IMG/VR virus record: IMGVR_UViG_3300049718_000055
Span: 1-64,000 of that record
DNA length: 64,000 bases
Source: a virus
Reading direction: 5' to 3' (one strand)
Part shown: piece after piece, positions 39,683-47,905 of the stretch
How positions within the stretch are numbered: position 1 is the first letter of the stretch
Layout: every line of letters begins with the position of its first letter
Translations under genes and position numbers: made by a program
Notes under the pieces: generated by a model
What the model saw: only the letters and a program-made list of their open reading frames with translations
What the model was told of the DNA's origin: nothing
The model's database searches: none

Positions 39683-41361
39683 TTAATCCCGGCTGCTTGC
39701 TTGAAGGCGTCAGCCGATTTCTGGTCTGGGAATGTGTAGGTATTTCCGTCTGGAGCTTGAATCGCTATGGTCCCCTGCTGCTGTCCCCCTGTTGTCCCAC
39801 CAATCGACTTTACGGCAGAGTCGTACTCTTCCGCAACGCTTTGCTTTGCGCCGTCAAGAAACTTCTTCGCTCTGGTGTAGGCCGCATCTTTGGCCTGTTG
39901 AGCAGCCTCGAGAATCGACGGGTCGCCAGTAGCCGCCGTCTTTTGAGCCGCTGCAAATGCCTTGTCCGCAGCGGCAAGGTCGGCCTTGTATTGATTCTCA
40001 GCCTTCCGGTAGCCTTCCTTCTGCTTCTGAGTAGCCTGCCGGGTTACTGAGGCTGTGAGAGCCGTCTGCTTGCCTCCCGGCGGCGGGGTGATTCCAGCCT
40101 TTGCGGTCTTGCCAGCCTGCGGTGGACGGCCAATCCCTTGCGCTCCCTGCCCGGTAGGAGACGCCTTTGCCGTTGGAGGCTTACTGATCCCTGCCGAAGC
40201 GGGAGAAGCCTGCCTCGAAGCCGCTGGAGGTGGCTGTATGGCCACCGGAGTGGCCTTGCGCGTCGCTGTGGTCTTCCTGTCTCCCTGCGGGGTGGTAGAG
40301 GACGTACTCGTGGTGGCTGTCTGAAGAGTTTTATCCGCCCTCGCTTGCTGCCTTGCTGCCGTCAGTTGCTCTGTGGTGGCGTTTTCTCTCGTTACCCCAA
40401 ACTTTTCCTTTAGAAACTTATCCTCTGCTTCGGCGTCGGAACCGGCCTTTGGCGCCGCGCTCCCTGCCGTTGCGTTCCATCCCTCCGGCTGTCTCCCAGG
40501 AACATACCAACCCCTACGGCTTCCGTCTGGAGAGGAGTATTCCTTCGGAGTACCCCTTCCAGATTCCCGCTCCCTTTGCTCGATTCTTCCCTTTGCCGCA
40601 TCGATTGGCTTGACGCCGGTCTCAGGGTCTACGTCAAACACCTGCTTCTTTACTTCGGGCGGGAGAATAGCCTGTTGTTTTTCATCAAGGCTGCCGTATA
40701 GAGCAACCATATTGGAGTCCGCAGCGGCTTGCTGCTTGCTCTGGACTTCCTGTTGTTGTTCCTGCAACTTAACATTTTGTTCTTTCCCTTGCTGGGTCTG
40801 ACCTAGCGGCCTTGCCTGCATGGTCATCAAAGCAAGTTGGGGAACGATATGCTGGTTCGCCGCAAGAAAATCTCGAATGTTGCTGAATCCCGCGCTGGCT
40901 TGTTTCTTGTCTTTGCCGCCCGTTGAACCAGAGCCTCCCGATGCGCTCTTCTTCCCCTTCTGTGTCTTATCAGGAATCATTATCGAACTGATCCCAGCTA
41001 GAGCCGTGTCTGTTGTTCCCTTATATGCAATGAAAGCAGGGTCTTTTTCGTCGTTCGGCTTCGCTTCTCCAGAGTCGATTTTCTGCTGGTACTGATCCCT
41101 CGCTGCCCCTATCGCCGCTTGCGCAGAATTGTACATTGCCTCTGCTTGAGCTTGCTTCCGCTGTTCTTTTACCTTGTGCCCCTGCATGAAACCCTTGAGC
41201 ATGGCATCGCCGATTGCCAGAGCACCTGTTCCACGTCTTCCAAATTGGCCATTTAGAGGTTGCGCAGGCCCGCCGCCGCCGGTATTGTTCATGGGCAGTT
41301 GAACAAGCGGAATCGTACTGACATACGGCTTGATCTCGGTTTGGGGAGTATTTACTGGCAA
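39679..41361 (-). CDS. Putative internal virion/ejection protein
   Basis: A/Q/G/K-rich, Cys-free; C-terminal APDGNTYTFPD; upstream of the giant protein. Confidence 0.6.
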   Translation of the reverse strand: MPVNTPQTEIKPYVSTIPLVQLPMNNTGGGGPAQPLNGQFGRRGTGALAIGDAMLKGFMQGHKVKEQRKQAQAEAMYNSAQAAIGAARDQYQQKIDSGEAKPNDEKDPAFIAYKGTTDTALAGISSIMIPDKTQKGKKSASGGSGSTGGKDKKQASAGFSNIRDFLAANQHIVPQLALMTMQARPLGQTQQGKEQNVKLQEQQQEVQSKQQAAADSNMVALYGSLDEKQQAILPPEVKKQVFDVDPETGVKPIDAAKGRIEQRERESGRGTPKEYSSPDGSRRGWYVPGRQPEGWNATAGSAAPKAGSDAEAEDKFLKEKFGVTRENATTEQLTAARQQARADKTLQTATTSTSSTTPQGDRKTTATRKATPVAIQPPPAASRQASPASAGISKPPTAKASPTGQGAQGIGRPPQAGKTAKAGITPPPGGKQTALTASVTRQATQKQKEGYRKAENQYKADLAAADKAFAAAQKTAATGDPSILEAAQQAKDAAYTRAKKFLDGAKQSVAEEYDSAVKSIGGTTGGQQQGTIAIQAPDGNTYTFPDQKSADAFKQAAGIK

Positions 41362-41365
41362 CGTC

Positions 41366-41737
41366 TTACCTCGATGAATCCTTGCGTTCCTTCTTCCGCT
41401 TCTTGTCGGGCTTCTTTCCGCCCACTGTGCTCATTCCAACCTTATGAACGCCAACACGCTTCGCCTTCTTCCGTTTCGGGATGATCCGGTCCTCGGCCTT
41501 AGTGCGTTTCGCTTTGCGAATTTTACCGCCGGTCCTATACTCGACAGGGTGAATGTGCTCTGCGTATTTCCCCGCAGATTCCGTCTCCGAACGACCACCC
41601 GCGGCCATAGCCTTGCCTACCTGCTGGAGAACAATTCCCCCTGGGCTTGATGGCTTTCCGCCGCCGGCGCCGCCCTTCGCGCCGCCTTTTCCCCCACCCT
41701 GAACCATGCTCATTATGCCGCTTGCGCTGTCTCCCAT
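41366..41737 (-). CDS. Small Gly/Lys-rich virion-like protein
   Basis: YRTGGKI motif; basic tail. Confidence 0.65.
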   Translation of the reverse strand: MGDSASGIMSMVQGGGKGGAKGGAGGGKPSSPGGIVLQQVGKAMAAGGRSETESAGKYAEHIHPVEYRTGGKIRKAKRTKAEDRIIPKRKKAKRVGVHKVGMSTVGGKKPDKKRKKERKDSSR

Positions 41738-41739
41738 AA

Positions 41740-41949
41740 CTACCTCCCCGCCGATCTTTCGTCCTTCTTCCGCTTGCCCTTCGCGCTCTTCATTAGACGC
41801 TCAGAATTCTTGGTTTTCCGTACCTTGCCACCGCGCTTCAGAATGGCCGGAATTTCTACACCATACTTCATAAAAGGAGTCTTGTACCACGGAGTTCCCT
41901 TGTGGGGTTCCCACTTACCGTTTTTCCCTTTGAGAATTTCGCTACTCAT
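41740..41949 (-). CDS. Small basic virion-like protein
   Basis: LKRGGKV motif; basic tail. Confidence 0.6.
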   Translation of the reverse strand: MSSEILKGKNGKWEPHKGTPWYKTPFMKYGVEIPAILKRGGKVRKTKNSERLMKSAKGKRKKDERSAGR

Positions 41950-41951
41950 TT

Positions 41952-42368
41952 TTAGCTCCTTCCGGCGTCTTTGCGATCTTTCTTCCGCTTGTCCTTCTTG
42001 CGCTTCTTGTCGGTCAACGTCATCCCGGCTCTCTTCATCAGGCGCTCAACTTTCTTGCGCTTGTCGGCAGGAATCACCCGCTCATTCTCATGTGCGATGA
42101 TCGGGACAGCCCGATTCTTCCTCTTCGATTTTCCTACTCTGCCACCCTTTTTGTAGCGAACTGGCTGGATACTATCGCTTATTTTCCCGGCGTTAGACGA
42201 TTCGATATTGGCCCAATCCTGCATGGCCTTCCCCGCAGAAGACGAGGCTTTCTTCAAGCGTCCGCCCATGCCTCCGCTGCCGCTCGAAGACCCTCCCGAG
42301 GAACCGCTCTTCGACTGCTGCTGAATTCCCTGTTGAACCATTCCCTGCCAACCGCCACTAGCAGCCAT
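41952..42368 (-). CDS. Small Gly/Lys-rich virion-like protein
   Basis: Start refined to MAASGG; YKKGGRV...IIAHENERVIP. Confidence 0.65.
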   Translation of the reverse strand: MAASGGWQGMVQQGIQQQSKSGSSGGSSSGSGGMGGRLKKASSSAGKAMQDWANIESSNAGKISDSIQPVRYKKGGRVGKSKRKNRAVPIIAHENERVIPADKRKKVERLMKRAGMTLTDKKRKKDKRKKDRKDAGRS

Positions 42369-43158
42369 AAGGCGCTCCTTTCGATTTCTTCGCTTGCGAT
42401 AGGAACCAGTCAAACAGCGGCTTGAGGACAAACCTAACCGCCGCGTTCCTCTTGAATTGCCGCGCAACTCTCTGCCCATACTCCCGGTACATCCACATGA
42501 CCGCAGACCCCACAAACGTCTTCGCGTAGACTCTATTGAGCCACCTGCGAACCAAGAGAGTCCGTTCGTCGAAGTCTCCCCAATACGCCATTGCAATCCA
42601 GCACGCTTCTCCACCAGCCTCAAGCAGTGAGCCCCCGACACTCCCCCACAGTCCCATTTGAGTAGCTTTTTGCTCGTTGGAAATCTGCTGAATCTGCCCA
42701 TATTGGTTAGACGCCGAGTTCATTCCACGCAATCCTGTCTCTGTGGCCTGATTCCCCTGCGACACGTTCTGACCGCCCAAACTTGCCAGAGACGAGAACG
42801 CTCCCGTATACGATCCGGTCGTAAGGTTGCTGATCTGCGCCCCCTTTGACAAGTCCGCATCCGAGATTGCAAGGTCTCGCGCCCCTCCTCTTGGGGCGTT
42901 CTGCATGATGTTTTGGAGTTGCTGATTCGACTGCCCGGTAATGCTCTGAATGGCCGGTGCGTTTGCCCTCGCTAGCGCGTTCGGATCACCGCTGGCCAGT
43001 TTATTGTAATAGGATTCTGATTTTTCAAGTCCAGGAAGGGCGAGATTAAAGAGAGTGGAGCCCTCTTCGGCGCTCTGTTTTCCAGAAGCCGTCATCATGT
43101 CAGCTAAATTCGCTTGACTGGCCTGTAGTTGGGCGTCCTCGCCTGAACTCTTTCCCAC
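42358..43158 (-). CDS. Putative ejection protein with CFI-box-CTERM-like domain
   Basis: Q/S/A/G-rich N-terminus; C-terminal CWIAMAYWG...RRWL...G....Y..YG..VA. Confidence 0.65.
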   Translation of the reverse strand: MGKSSGEDAQLQASQANLADMMTASGKQSAEEGSTLFNLALPGLEKSESYYNKLASGDPNALARANAPAIQSITGQSNQQLQNIMQNAPRGGARDLAISDADLSKGAQISNLTTGSYTGAFSSLASLGGQNVSQGNQATETGLRGMNSASNQYGQIQQISNEQKATQMGLWGSVGGSLLEAGGEACWIAMAYWGDFDERTLLVRRWLNRVYAKTFVGSAVMWMYREYGQRVARQFKRNAAVRFVLKPLFDWFLSQAKKSKGAPYGC

Positions 43159-43190
43159 GGATGCACTCCTACATGGAAGGGTACAACCGA

Positions 43191-43799
43191 TTAGGCGTTC
43201 GTTGCCACTAATTTCTTCGACTCAAACCATTTCTCGAACGCTGGAGTAAAATCATTTACCTCAAGTATCATGGCAACCGCTGAAACCAACTTGCCGCGGT
43301 AGAAGTGGAAACGTCTCACTACGCCTTGATGCTTGAACCCAAGCCGCTCCGCAAACCTCTGCGCCGGCTTGTTCTCTTCAAGAAGTACCCCGTGGATGAC
43401 ATCGATCTTCAACCCTTCCGTCCAATATGCGATTCCGAGCATCCCTAAATCGTACATATAGCGGCTTCTCTTGATAAACGCGAACCCGCATAATGCCGCT
43501 CTCTCCCCGTCAACCCCCTTTGGAAGTTCCACCCAAGCATAGCCGACCGGATGAACGATCTCCTCTGGAGTCCCCTGATTCTCAACCTCGCAGAGTATTT
43601 GAGTCACCCTCTTGGATTCATCGAATGATCGAATGAACTGGTCGTGAGAGGGATTTTCTCCGCACATGATGTACTCCAAACGGCCGAGTTCCTTGCTGCG
43701 GTAGTAGAGCGTAGAGAGCATTCCATCCCGGTAAACTGCGGTTCCAGGAGAAAACGGAATCACCGCCGCGTTTTTCGTCATGTATTTCCAGCCGTCCAT
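43191..43799 (-). CDS. GNAT-family acetyltransferase (virion-module type)
   Basis: ENKPAQRFAERLGFKHQGVVR. Confidence 0.75.
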   Translation of the reverse strand: MDGWKYMTKNAAVIPFSPGTAVYRDGMLSTLYYRSKELGRLEYIMCGENPSHDQFIRSFDESKRVTQILCEVENQGTPEEIVHPVGYAWVELPKGVDGERAALCGFAFIKRSRYMYDLGMLGIAYWTEGLKIDVIHGVLLEENKPAQRFAERLGFKHQGVVRRFHFYRGKLVSAVAMILEVNDFTPAFEKWFESKKLVATNA

Positions 43800-43841
43800 C
43801 ACGCCTCCCTTGTCTCTTCGGCACTCCAAAAATTAGAATCC

Positions 43842-44627
43842 CTACGCATTGATGATGTAGGCCGCGGTTCCAACGGCACTATTCAAATAGCCGCTGGCCG
43901 TTGCGATAGCCTTGATTGTCTCGCTTCCATATACTCCGATAGCGCCCGTGTACAGAGTGGATGAAGTCGTCGGCGTGCTCCCATCGGTAGTGTAGTAAAT
44001 CACCGCCCCCGGCGTCGTGCAACTAATCGCCACCGACTGCACTGTTGTATAAGACCCCGCCGCCGGCAAGAACGTCGGCGTTGCTGCCGTTAATCCGATA
44101 GTGAACAATGCGGTCGCTACCGCGCTGGTGTTGAAACCCGTTGCCGTCGCTATCGCCTTAACTGTCTCAGTGGACGTAATGGTGATTGGGGCGCTGTACA
44201 AAGTTGAAGACGTGGTTGGTGTCGATCCGTCAGTGGTGTAATAAATGGACGCTCCCGGTGATGAGCAACTGATCGCCACCGCTTGTCCTGAAGCGTAATT
44301 TCCCGCTGACGGAGAAAACGATGGTGTGGCCGCAGGATTGAGTGCAGGTCCGCTGATTGCCGCCCCCGCCAGAGATGTAAGTGAATTGGTCAACGTCTGA
44401 TTCGCTCCGTTATACGCCGTGTGCTGTGATGCAATCCAAGAGGTCACCTGAGCGATACTGCTGTTGAATTGGATGATGAACTGAGAGGCGTCTAGGCCGT
44501 AGTTGCGGGTAGGCCCGAGCCATGTACTTACCCCGTCCGTAGTCGAGGAATGCACCCGTACAGTGATGTGACCGCTTGCTTGATCTACTTGAACACTGTC
44601 AACAATGATTGATGTGGTATTTGCCAC
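43842..44627 (-). CDS. Protein with two chitobiase/Fn3-associated Ig-like repeats
   Basis: 2 x ATP.F.P.AG.Y...V.IS...GA.IYYTTDGSTPTTSSTLY...I....T.KAIA. Confidence 0.85.
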   Translation of the reverse strand: MANTTSIIVDSVQVDQASGHITVRVHSSTTDGVSTWLGPTRNYGLDASQFIIQFNSSIAQVTSWIASQHTAYNGANQTLTNSLTSLAGAAISGPALNPAATPSFSPSAGNYASGQAVAISCSSPGASIYYTTDGSTPTTSSTLYSAPITITSTETVKAIATATGFNTSAVATALFTIGLTAATPTFLPAAGSYTTVQSVAISCTTPGAVIYYTTDGSTPTTSSTLYTGAIGVYGSETIKAIATASGYLNSAVGTAAYIINA

Positions 44628-44636
44628 TTCACCCTC

Positions 44637-45821
44637 CTAGAAAAATACACCCGCGGTCGGAGAACCCACTATCGGAGATCCGCCGCCTCCACTCAATGAC
44701 ACCTGCCCACCAGAGTTCGTCAACACCACCACAGCAACTATTTGGTTCCCATCAAAATTTACCTGAAGCCTATTTTGTGCAGTATCGCCAGAATACGGCC
44801 CCGAAAGAATGACAATTCGGCTTCCCTTTTTGACGCTGTAGTACCACACGTTCCCTACTTCAACGCTTCCCCCAGACCCGCTAACGGTTCCCAGGGAGGC
44901 TTGATAGGTGAACGTATACGGCGGAGTTGCTGAACTGATCGGATATGAGCCATTGAACCCCGCAGGGGATACTCCGGCAATCGTCATCGAACTTTGAGCC
45001 GTGAGCCCCGTGGCTACATAGGTAACCACCGTCACAAGGTTTCCCACACTGGAGATTGAATGGATTCCATACGAGGTAGGAAGGGAAAGGGTATCCGTCC
45101 TTCCGTACAAATAGGTTTTACTTCCATCGGCAAAAGTGAAGGGGCTGGCCGGAATGGTTACCGTCACGCTTCCGGCATTTGTTATTGCAGCCACTAGGAA
45201 ATAGGCGCTTCCAACCGAGCCGGACTGAGTGGGATAAACCTTGTCCCCAATCGCATAATTCAACCCTCCAAAAACACTTCCCCCTGTGACCACCCCGCCA
45301 GCCGCCGTAATCGCAGCCAAAGCCCCCGTGCCGCTTCCCGAAGTGGTCGTAGGCAGGTTGGAAGCATTGCTGTACCCAGAAGTTCCGCCAGCCCCCAGAG
45401 AAGACGAAGTGATTACCCCGCCCGAGATAGAGTTCGTTGTCAGCGGAATGATGTTGTTGGCGTTTGGGGGAGTTGACATAAGATCGTTCAACCAGGAGCT
45501 TTGCTGCTCCCTCTGTGAATTTGAATTTATCATCCGATACGTGTCGAGAGAGTTTCCGCTGTTTGCCTGAAGCTGCGGCTTCAAAGCGGCAGCACTGTAC
45601 GAAGTCTTCGCCGCCCCGCTCGTCAACGCATCACTATCCGAGGTCGGCGCCGCAACATTCTTGATATTATTGCCACCGAGGTTGAGATGATTGCTCAACT
45701 CGACTTCCCCATTATGACCGCCAAGAGTGTTCACGTTGTCAATCAGTTGGCTCATCAATTGGCTCTCTGGAAGAGACAGGGAGGAAAAGTTTATCTTTCC
45801 GAGTTTGGAAGACTTCGGCAT
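44637..45821 (-). CDS. Virion structural (tail-associated) protein
   Basis: G/S/T-rich; IKNVAAPTSDSDA motif. Confidence 0.6.
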   Translation of the reverse strand: MPKSSKLGKINFSSLSLPESQLMSQLIDNVNTLGGHNGEVELSNHLNLGGNNIKNVAAPTSDSDALTSGAAKTSYSAAALKPQLQANSGNSLDTYRMINSNSQREQQSSWLNDLMSTPPNANNIIPLTTNSISGGVITSSSLGAGGTSGYSNASNLPTTTSGSGTGALAAITAAGGVVTGGSVFGGLNYAIGDKVYPTQSGSVGSAYFLVAAITNAGSVTVTIPASPFTFADGSKTYLYGRTDTLSLPTSYGIHSISSVGNLVTVVTYVATGLTAQSSMTIAGVSPAGFNGSYPISSATPPYTFTYQASLGTVSGSGGSVEVGNVWYYSVKKGSRIVILSGPYSGDTAQNRLQVNFDGNQIVAVVVLTNSGGQVSLSGGGGSPIVGSPTAGVFF

Positions 45822-46075
45822 TATCCAGCTACCTCTACTAGTTTTCCGTGCTGTTCCCACGGCGTAACGACATCATCAGGAACAGGACCAAAACACCTTC
45901 CTTCGTTCTTGCATTCCGATATTCCCGATCTTGACATTCTAGAATCAGGTTTTCCGTGAAAGATATGACGCTTCCCGTCAGTCTTTGAAATCTTCGGAAT
46001 CCAATACTGTTCGCACCCCCAGCAGTATCCGTCAACCTGAAACCTTGGAAATTCGGATTGGATCGTCTCTGGCAT
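45821..46075 (-). CDS. Hypothetical protein
   Basis: TATACT-6nt-ATG; TAATG coupling. Confidence 0.5.
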   Translation of the reverse strand: MPETIQSEFPRFQVDGYCWGCEQYWIPKISKTDGKRHIFHGKPDSRMSRSGISECKNEGRCFGPVPDDVVTPWEQHGKLVEVAG

Positions 46076-46153
46076 GGAATCAGTATACCCCAATGTAGGC
46101 ATAAACAGAAAAGCCTCTTCCGAAGAAGAGGCCCGTCTGCGGATAGGGGAAGC

Positions 46154-46501
46154 CTAAGCCGGGGTTGTAAATTGCACTGCCACGCTTTGCGTGAGTTGGG
46201 CCGGCGGAACGACAGCGTTCGTGGTGATTGTGAACGCCTGAGTCCAGGTCGAAACCACGCCGTCATTATCAGTGACCGTGGCAGCAGCCGTTCCAGTGAC
46301 AGCGCCGGCCGAGGCCGCTACGCCGGTAACAGTGGCGGTCAAGCCGTCAGCATTGAGAACCACGGTCGCGGACGGGTCCGAGAACGTGTACGAGACGGCA
46401 GAGAGTACGCCGCCAGAGAGGGTGACGCCATCGGCCAAAAGGGGCTGAATGGACGCCTGCGAAGTTTGACCAACATTGAGGGTCAAAGCATTGTTTGCCA
46501 T
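46154..46501 (-). CDS. Ig-like domain protein
   Basis: LTLNVGQT...SDPSATV...VTGVAA; AGGAG SD. Confidence 0.7.
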   Translation of the reverse strand: MANNALTLNVGQTSQASIQPLLADGVTLSGGVLSAVSYTFSDPSATVVLNADGLTATVTGVAASAGAVTGTAAATVTDNDGVVSTWTQAFTITTNAVVPPAQLTQSVAVQFTTPA

Positions 46502-46728
46502 GGGTGAGTCTCCTGTGAAACGAACTTCGATTGAGTAGGTTGCGAGTTTGGGTTTGAGTTCACGGCGAATCTCTCTGAGCAACCGCTCAATCCGATGTCT
46601 TGCATAGAGCGTTGCCCATTGACATTCTAAAATTTCACGTAATTGTTCGAGTGGATTCTCCAAATGGTCCCTCCACCAATCTCTTAACTACACTATACCA
46701 CTACATTTTGAATCTGTGGTGAGCAATA

Positions 46729-46812
46729 TGGAGCGGGGGACGGGATTTGAACCCGCGTGTCTCTCGACGGCAGCTTGGAAGGCTGCTGACCTACCAGTTG
46801 GTCATCCCCCGC
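46729..46812 (-). tRNA. tRNA-Gly(TCC), long variable arm
   Basis: GCAGC-CTTCCAA-GCTGC; CCA encoded. Confidence 0.9.
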
Positions 46813-46817
46813 AAACT

Positions 46818-46891
46818 TGGTGCTCCCCGCAGAAATCGAATCCGCATTGGCCGATAATCGGTCGGCTTTCCTACCATTGGAAGAGAGGAGC
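46818..46891 (-). tRNA. tRNA-Ile(GAT), atypical loop
   Basis: GCCGA-CCGATTA-TCGGC; CCA. Confidence 0.8.
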
Positions 46892-46892
46892 A

Positions 46893-46966
46893 TGGGGCCG
46901 GGAGCGAGAATCGAACTCGCGCCTCATCCGTACCAGGGATGCAGTCTCCCACTAAAATATCCCGGC
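46893..46966 (-). tRNA. tRNA-Thr(GGT)
   Basis: CATCC-CTGGTAC-GGATG; CCA. Confidence 0.88.
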
Positions 46967-46972
46967 TCTACT

Positions 46973-47050
46973 TGGTGCGGATGGCAGGACTCGAACCTGC
47001 GGTAATTCTTCTTTGTAGGAGAAGCGGCGTCGCCACTGGCCCACATCCGC
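46973..47050 (-). tRNA. tRNA-Val(TAC)
   Basis: CTTCT-CCTACAA-AGAAG; CCA. Confidence 0.85.
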
Positions 47051-47055
47051 AAAAC

Positions 47056-47133
47056 TGGTACTCCCGGTTGGACTCGAACCAACATCAATCCACTTACGGA
47101 CACTCGCTTCGGAGGCGAGACCGATACGGGAGC
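47056..47133 (-). tRNA. tRNA-Arg(CCG), no canonical D-arm
   Basis: CTCGC-CTCCGAA-GCGAG; normal T-arm and acceptor stem. Confidence 0.8.
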
Positions 47134-47138
47134 ATAAC

Positions 47139-47215
47139 TGGGGCCGCTGGCCGGAATCGAACCGGCGTCATCCAACTACTCTTGCCGGTTTAGGAAACCG
47201 GAGAGATACAGCGGC
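47139..47215 (-). tRNA. tRNA-Arg(CCT), no canonical D-arm
   Basis: CCGGT-TTCCTAA-ACCGG. Confidence 0.8.
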
Positions 47216-47219
47216 AAAC

Positions 47220-47296
47220 TGGCGCTCCCGGCAGGAGTCGAACCCGCGTCATCCGTCTACGGCCTCCTGTTTAGAAGACAGTGCCGATACGGGAGC
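47220..47296 (-). tRNA. tRNA-Arg(TCT), no canonical D-arm
   Basis: CTGT-CTTCTAA-ACAG. Confidence 0.8.
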
Positions 47297-47298
47297 AT

Positions 47299-47384
47299 TG
47301 GTGGAGCCGGTGGGACTCGAACCCACATTGGGTTACCCCGCTGATTAAAAGTCAGGTCTCTGCATCCAATTCGAGTACGACTCC
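47299..47384 (-). tRNA. tRNA-Lys(TTT), long variable arm
   Basis: CTGA-CTTTTAA-TCAG; V-arm GGGTAACCC. Confidence 0.88.
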
Positions 47385-47390
47385 GAAACT

Positions 47391-47465
47391 TGGTGGGTCG
47401 CCGGGGAATCGAACCCCGCTCTTTCGATTAAGAGTCGAGTGCATCGCCGACAATGCTTGCAACCC
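47391..47465 (-). tRNA. tRNA-Lys(CTT)
   Basis: TCGA-CTCTTAA-TCGA. Confidence 0.9.
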
Positions 47466-47468
47466 ACA

Positions 47469-47562
47469 TGGTAGGGGATGAAGGTGTCGAACCTTCCCGT
47501 TGCGCTAATCTGGCGCTCTCCAGAGTTTATAAGACTCCGCCGCACGGCCGATGCTATCCCCC
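47469..47562 (-). tRNA. tRNA with TAT anticodon (Ile), long variable arm
   Basis: GGAGT-CTTATAA-ACTCT; 94 nt. Confidence 0.8.
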
Positions 47563-47568
47563 AAAACT

Positions 47569-47640
47569 TGGTGCCGCGCCTGAAAATCGAATTCAGCAAA
47601 CAGGGTTATGAATCCTGCGTTCTCTCCAGAGATGCGCGGC
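47569..47640 (-). tRNA. tRNA-Met/Ile2(CAT), short D-arm
   Basis: CAGGA-TTCATAA-CCCTG. Confidence 0.75.
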
Positions 47641-47641
47641 T

Positions 47642-47715
47642 TGGCAGGGGATACAGGACTCGAACCCGTAAATTCCGCTCTGGAGGCGGACGTTTTTCCA
47701 TTAGACTAATCCCCT
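47642..47715 (-). tRNA. tRNA-Trp(CCA)
   Basis: TCCGC-CTCCAGA-GCGGA. Confidence 0.92.
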
Positions 47716-47729
47716 ATGTCAAAGAGCAT

Positions 47730-47756
47730 AAAAAACCCGCTCCTGAGAGCGGGCCT
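47730..47756 (-). terminator. Attenuator terminator 3
   Basis: AGGCCCGCTC-TCAG-GAGCGGGTTTTTT. Confidence 0.85.
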
Positions 47757-47780
47757 GTCGCAACAAAAACGCAGCAGACC

Positions 47781-47852
47781 CTAAAACACGACTCCCCAAA
47801 TGACCCGCTTCCCGGTCATTCTGGTTATCACGTGTTTGGTCCTGATCTGCAT
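47781..47852 (-). CDS. Leader peptide 3, MQIRTKHVITRMTGKRVIWGVVF
   Basis: Lies between promoter and terminator; codons match the 12 downstream tRNAs. Confidence 0.8.
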   Translation of the reverse strand: MQIRTKHVITRMTGKRVIWGVVF

Positions 47853-47872
47853 GAATTCCCACCTGCAAGTAC

Positions 47873-47901
47873 AGCGTACATCAACTTTCCGTTTTGTGCA
47901 A
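47873..47901 (-). promoter_or_regulatory. Promoter of tRNA block 3
   Basis: TTGCAC-17bp-TACGCT. Confidence 0.65.
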
Positions 47902-47905
47902 CTGC

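Noticed and set aside
28849-39739. Many plus-strand ORFs antisense to the giant gene
   Set aside because: Shadow ORFs without SD or recognisable motifs.
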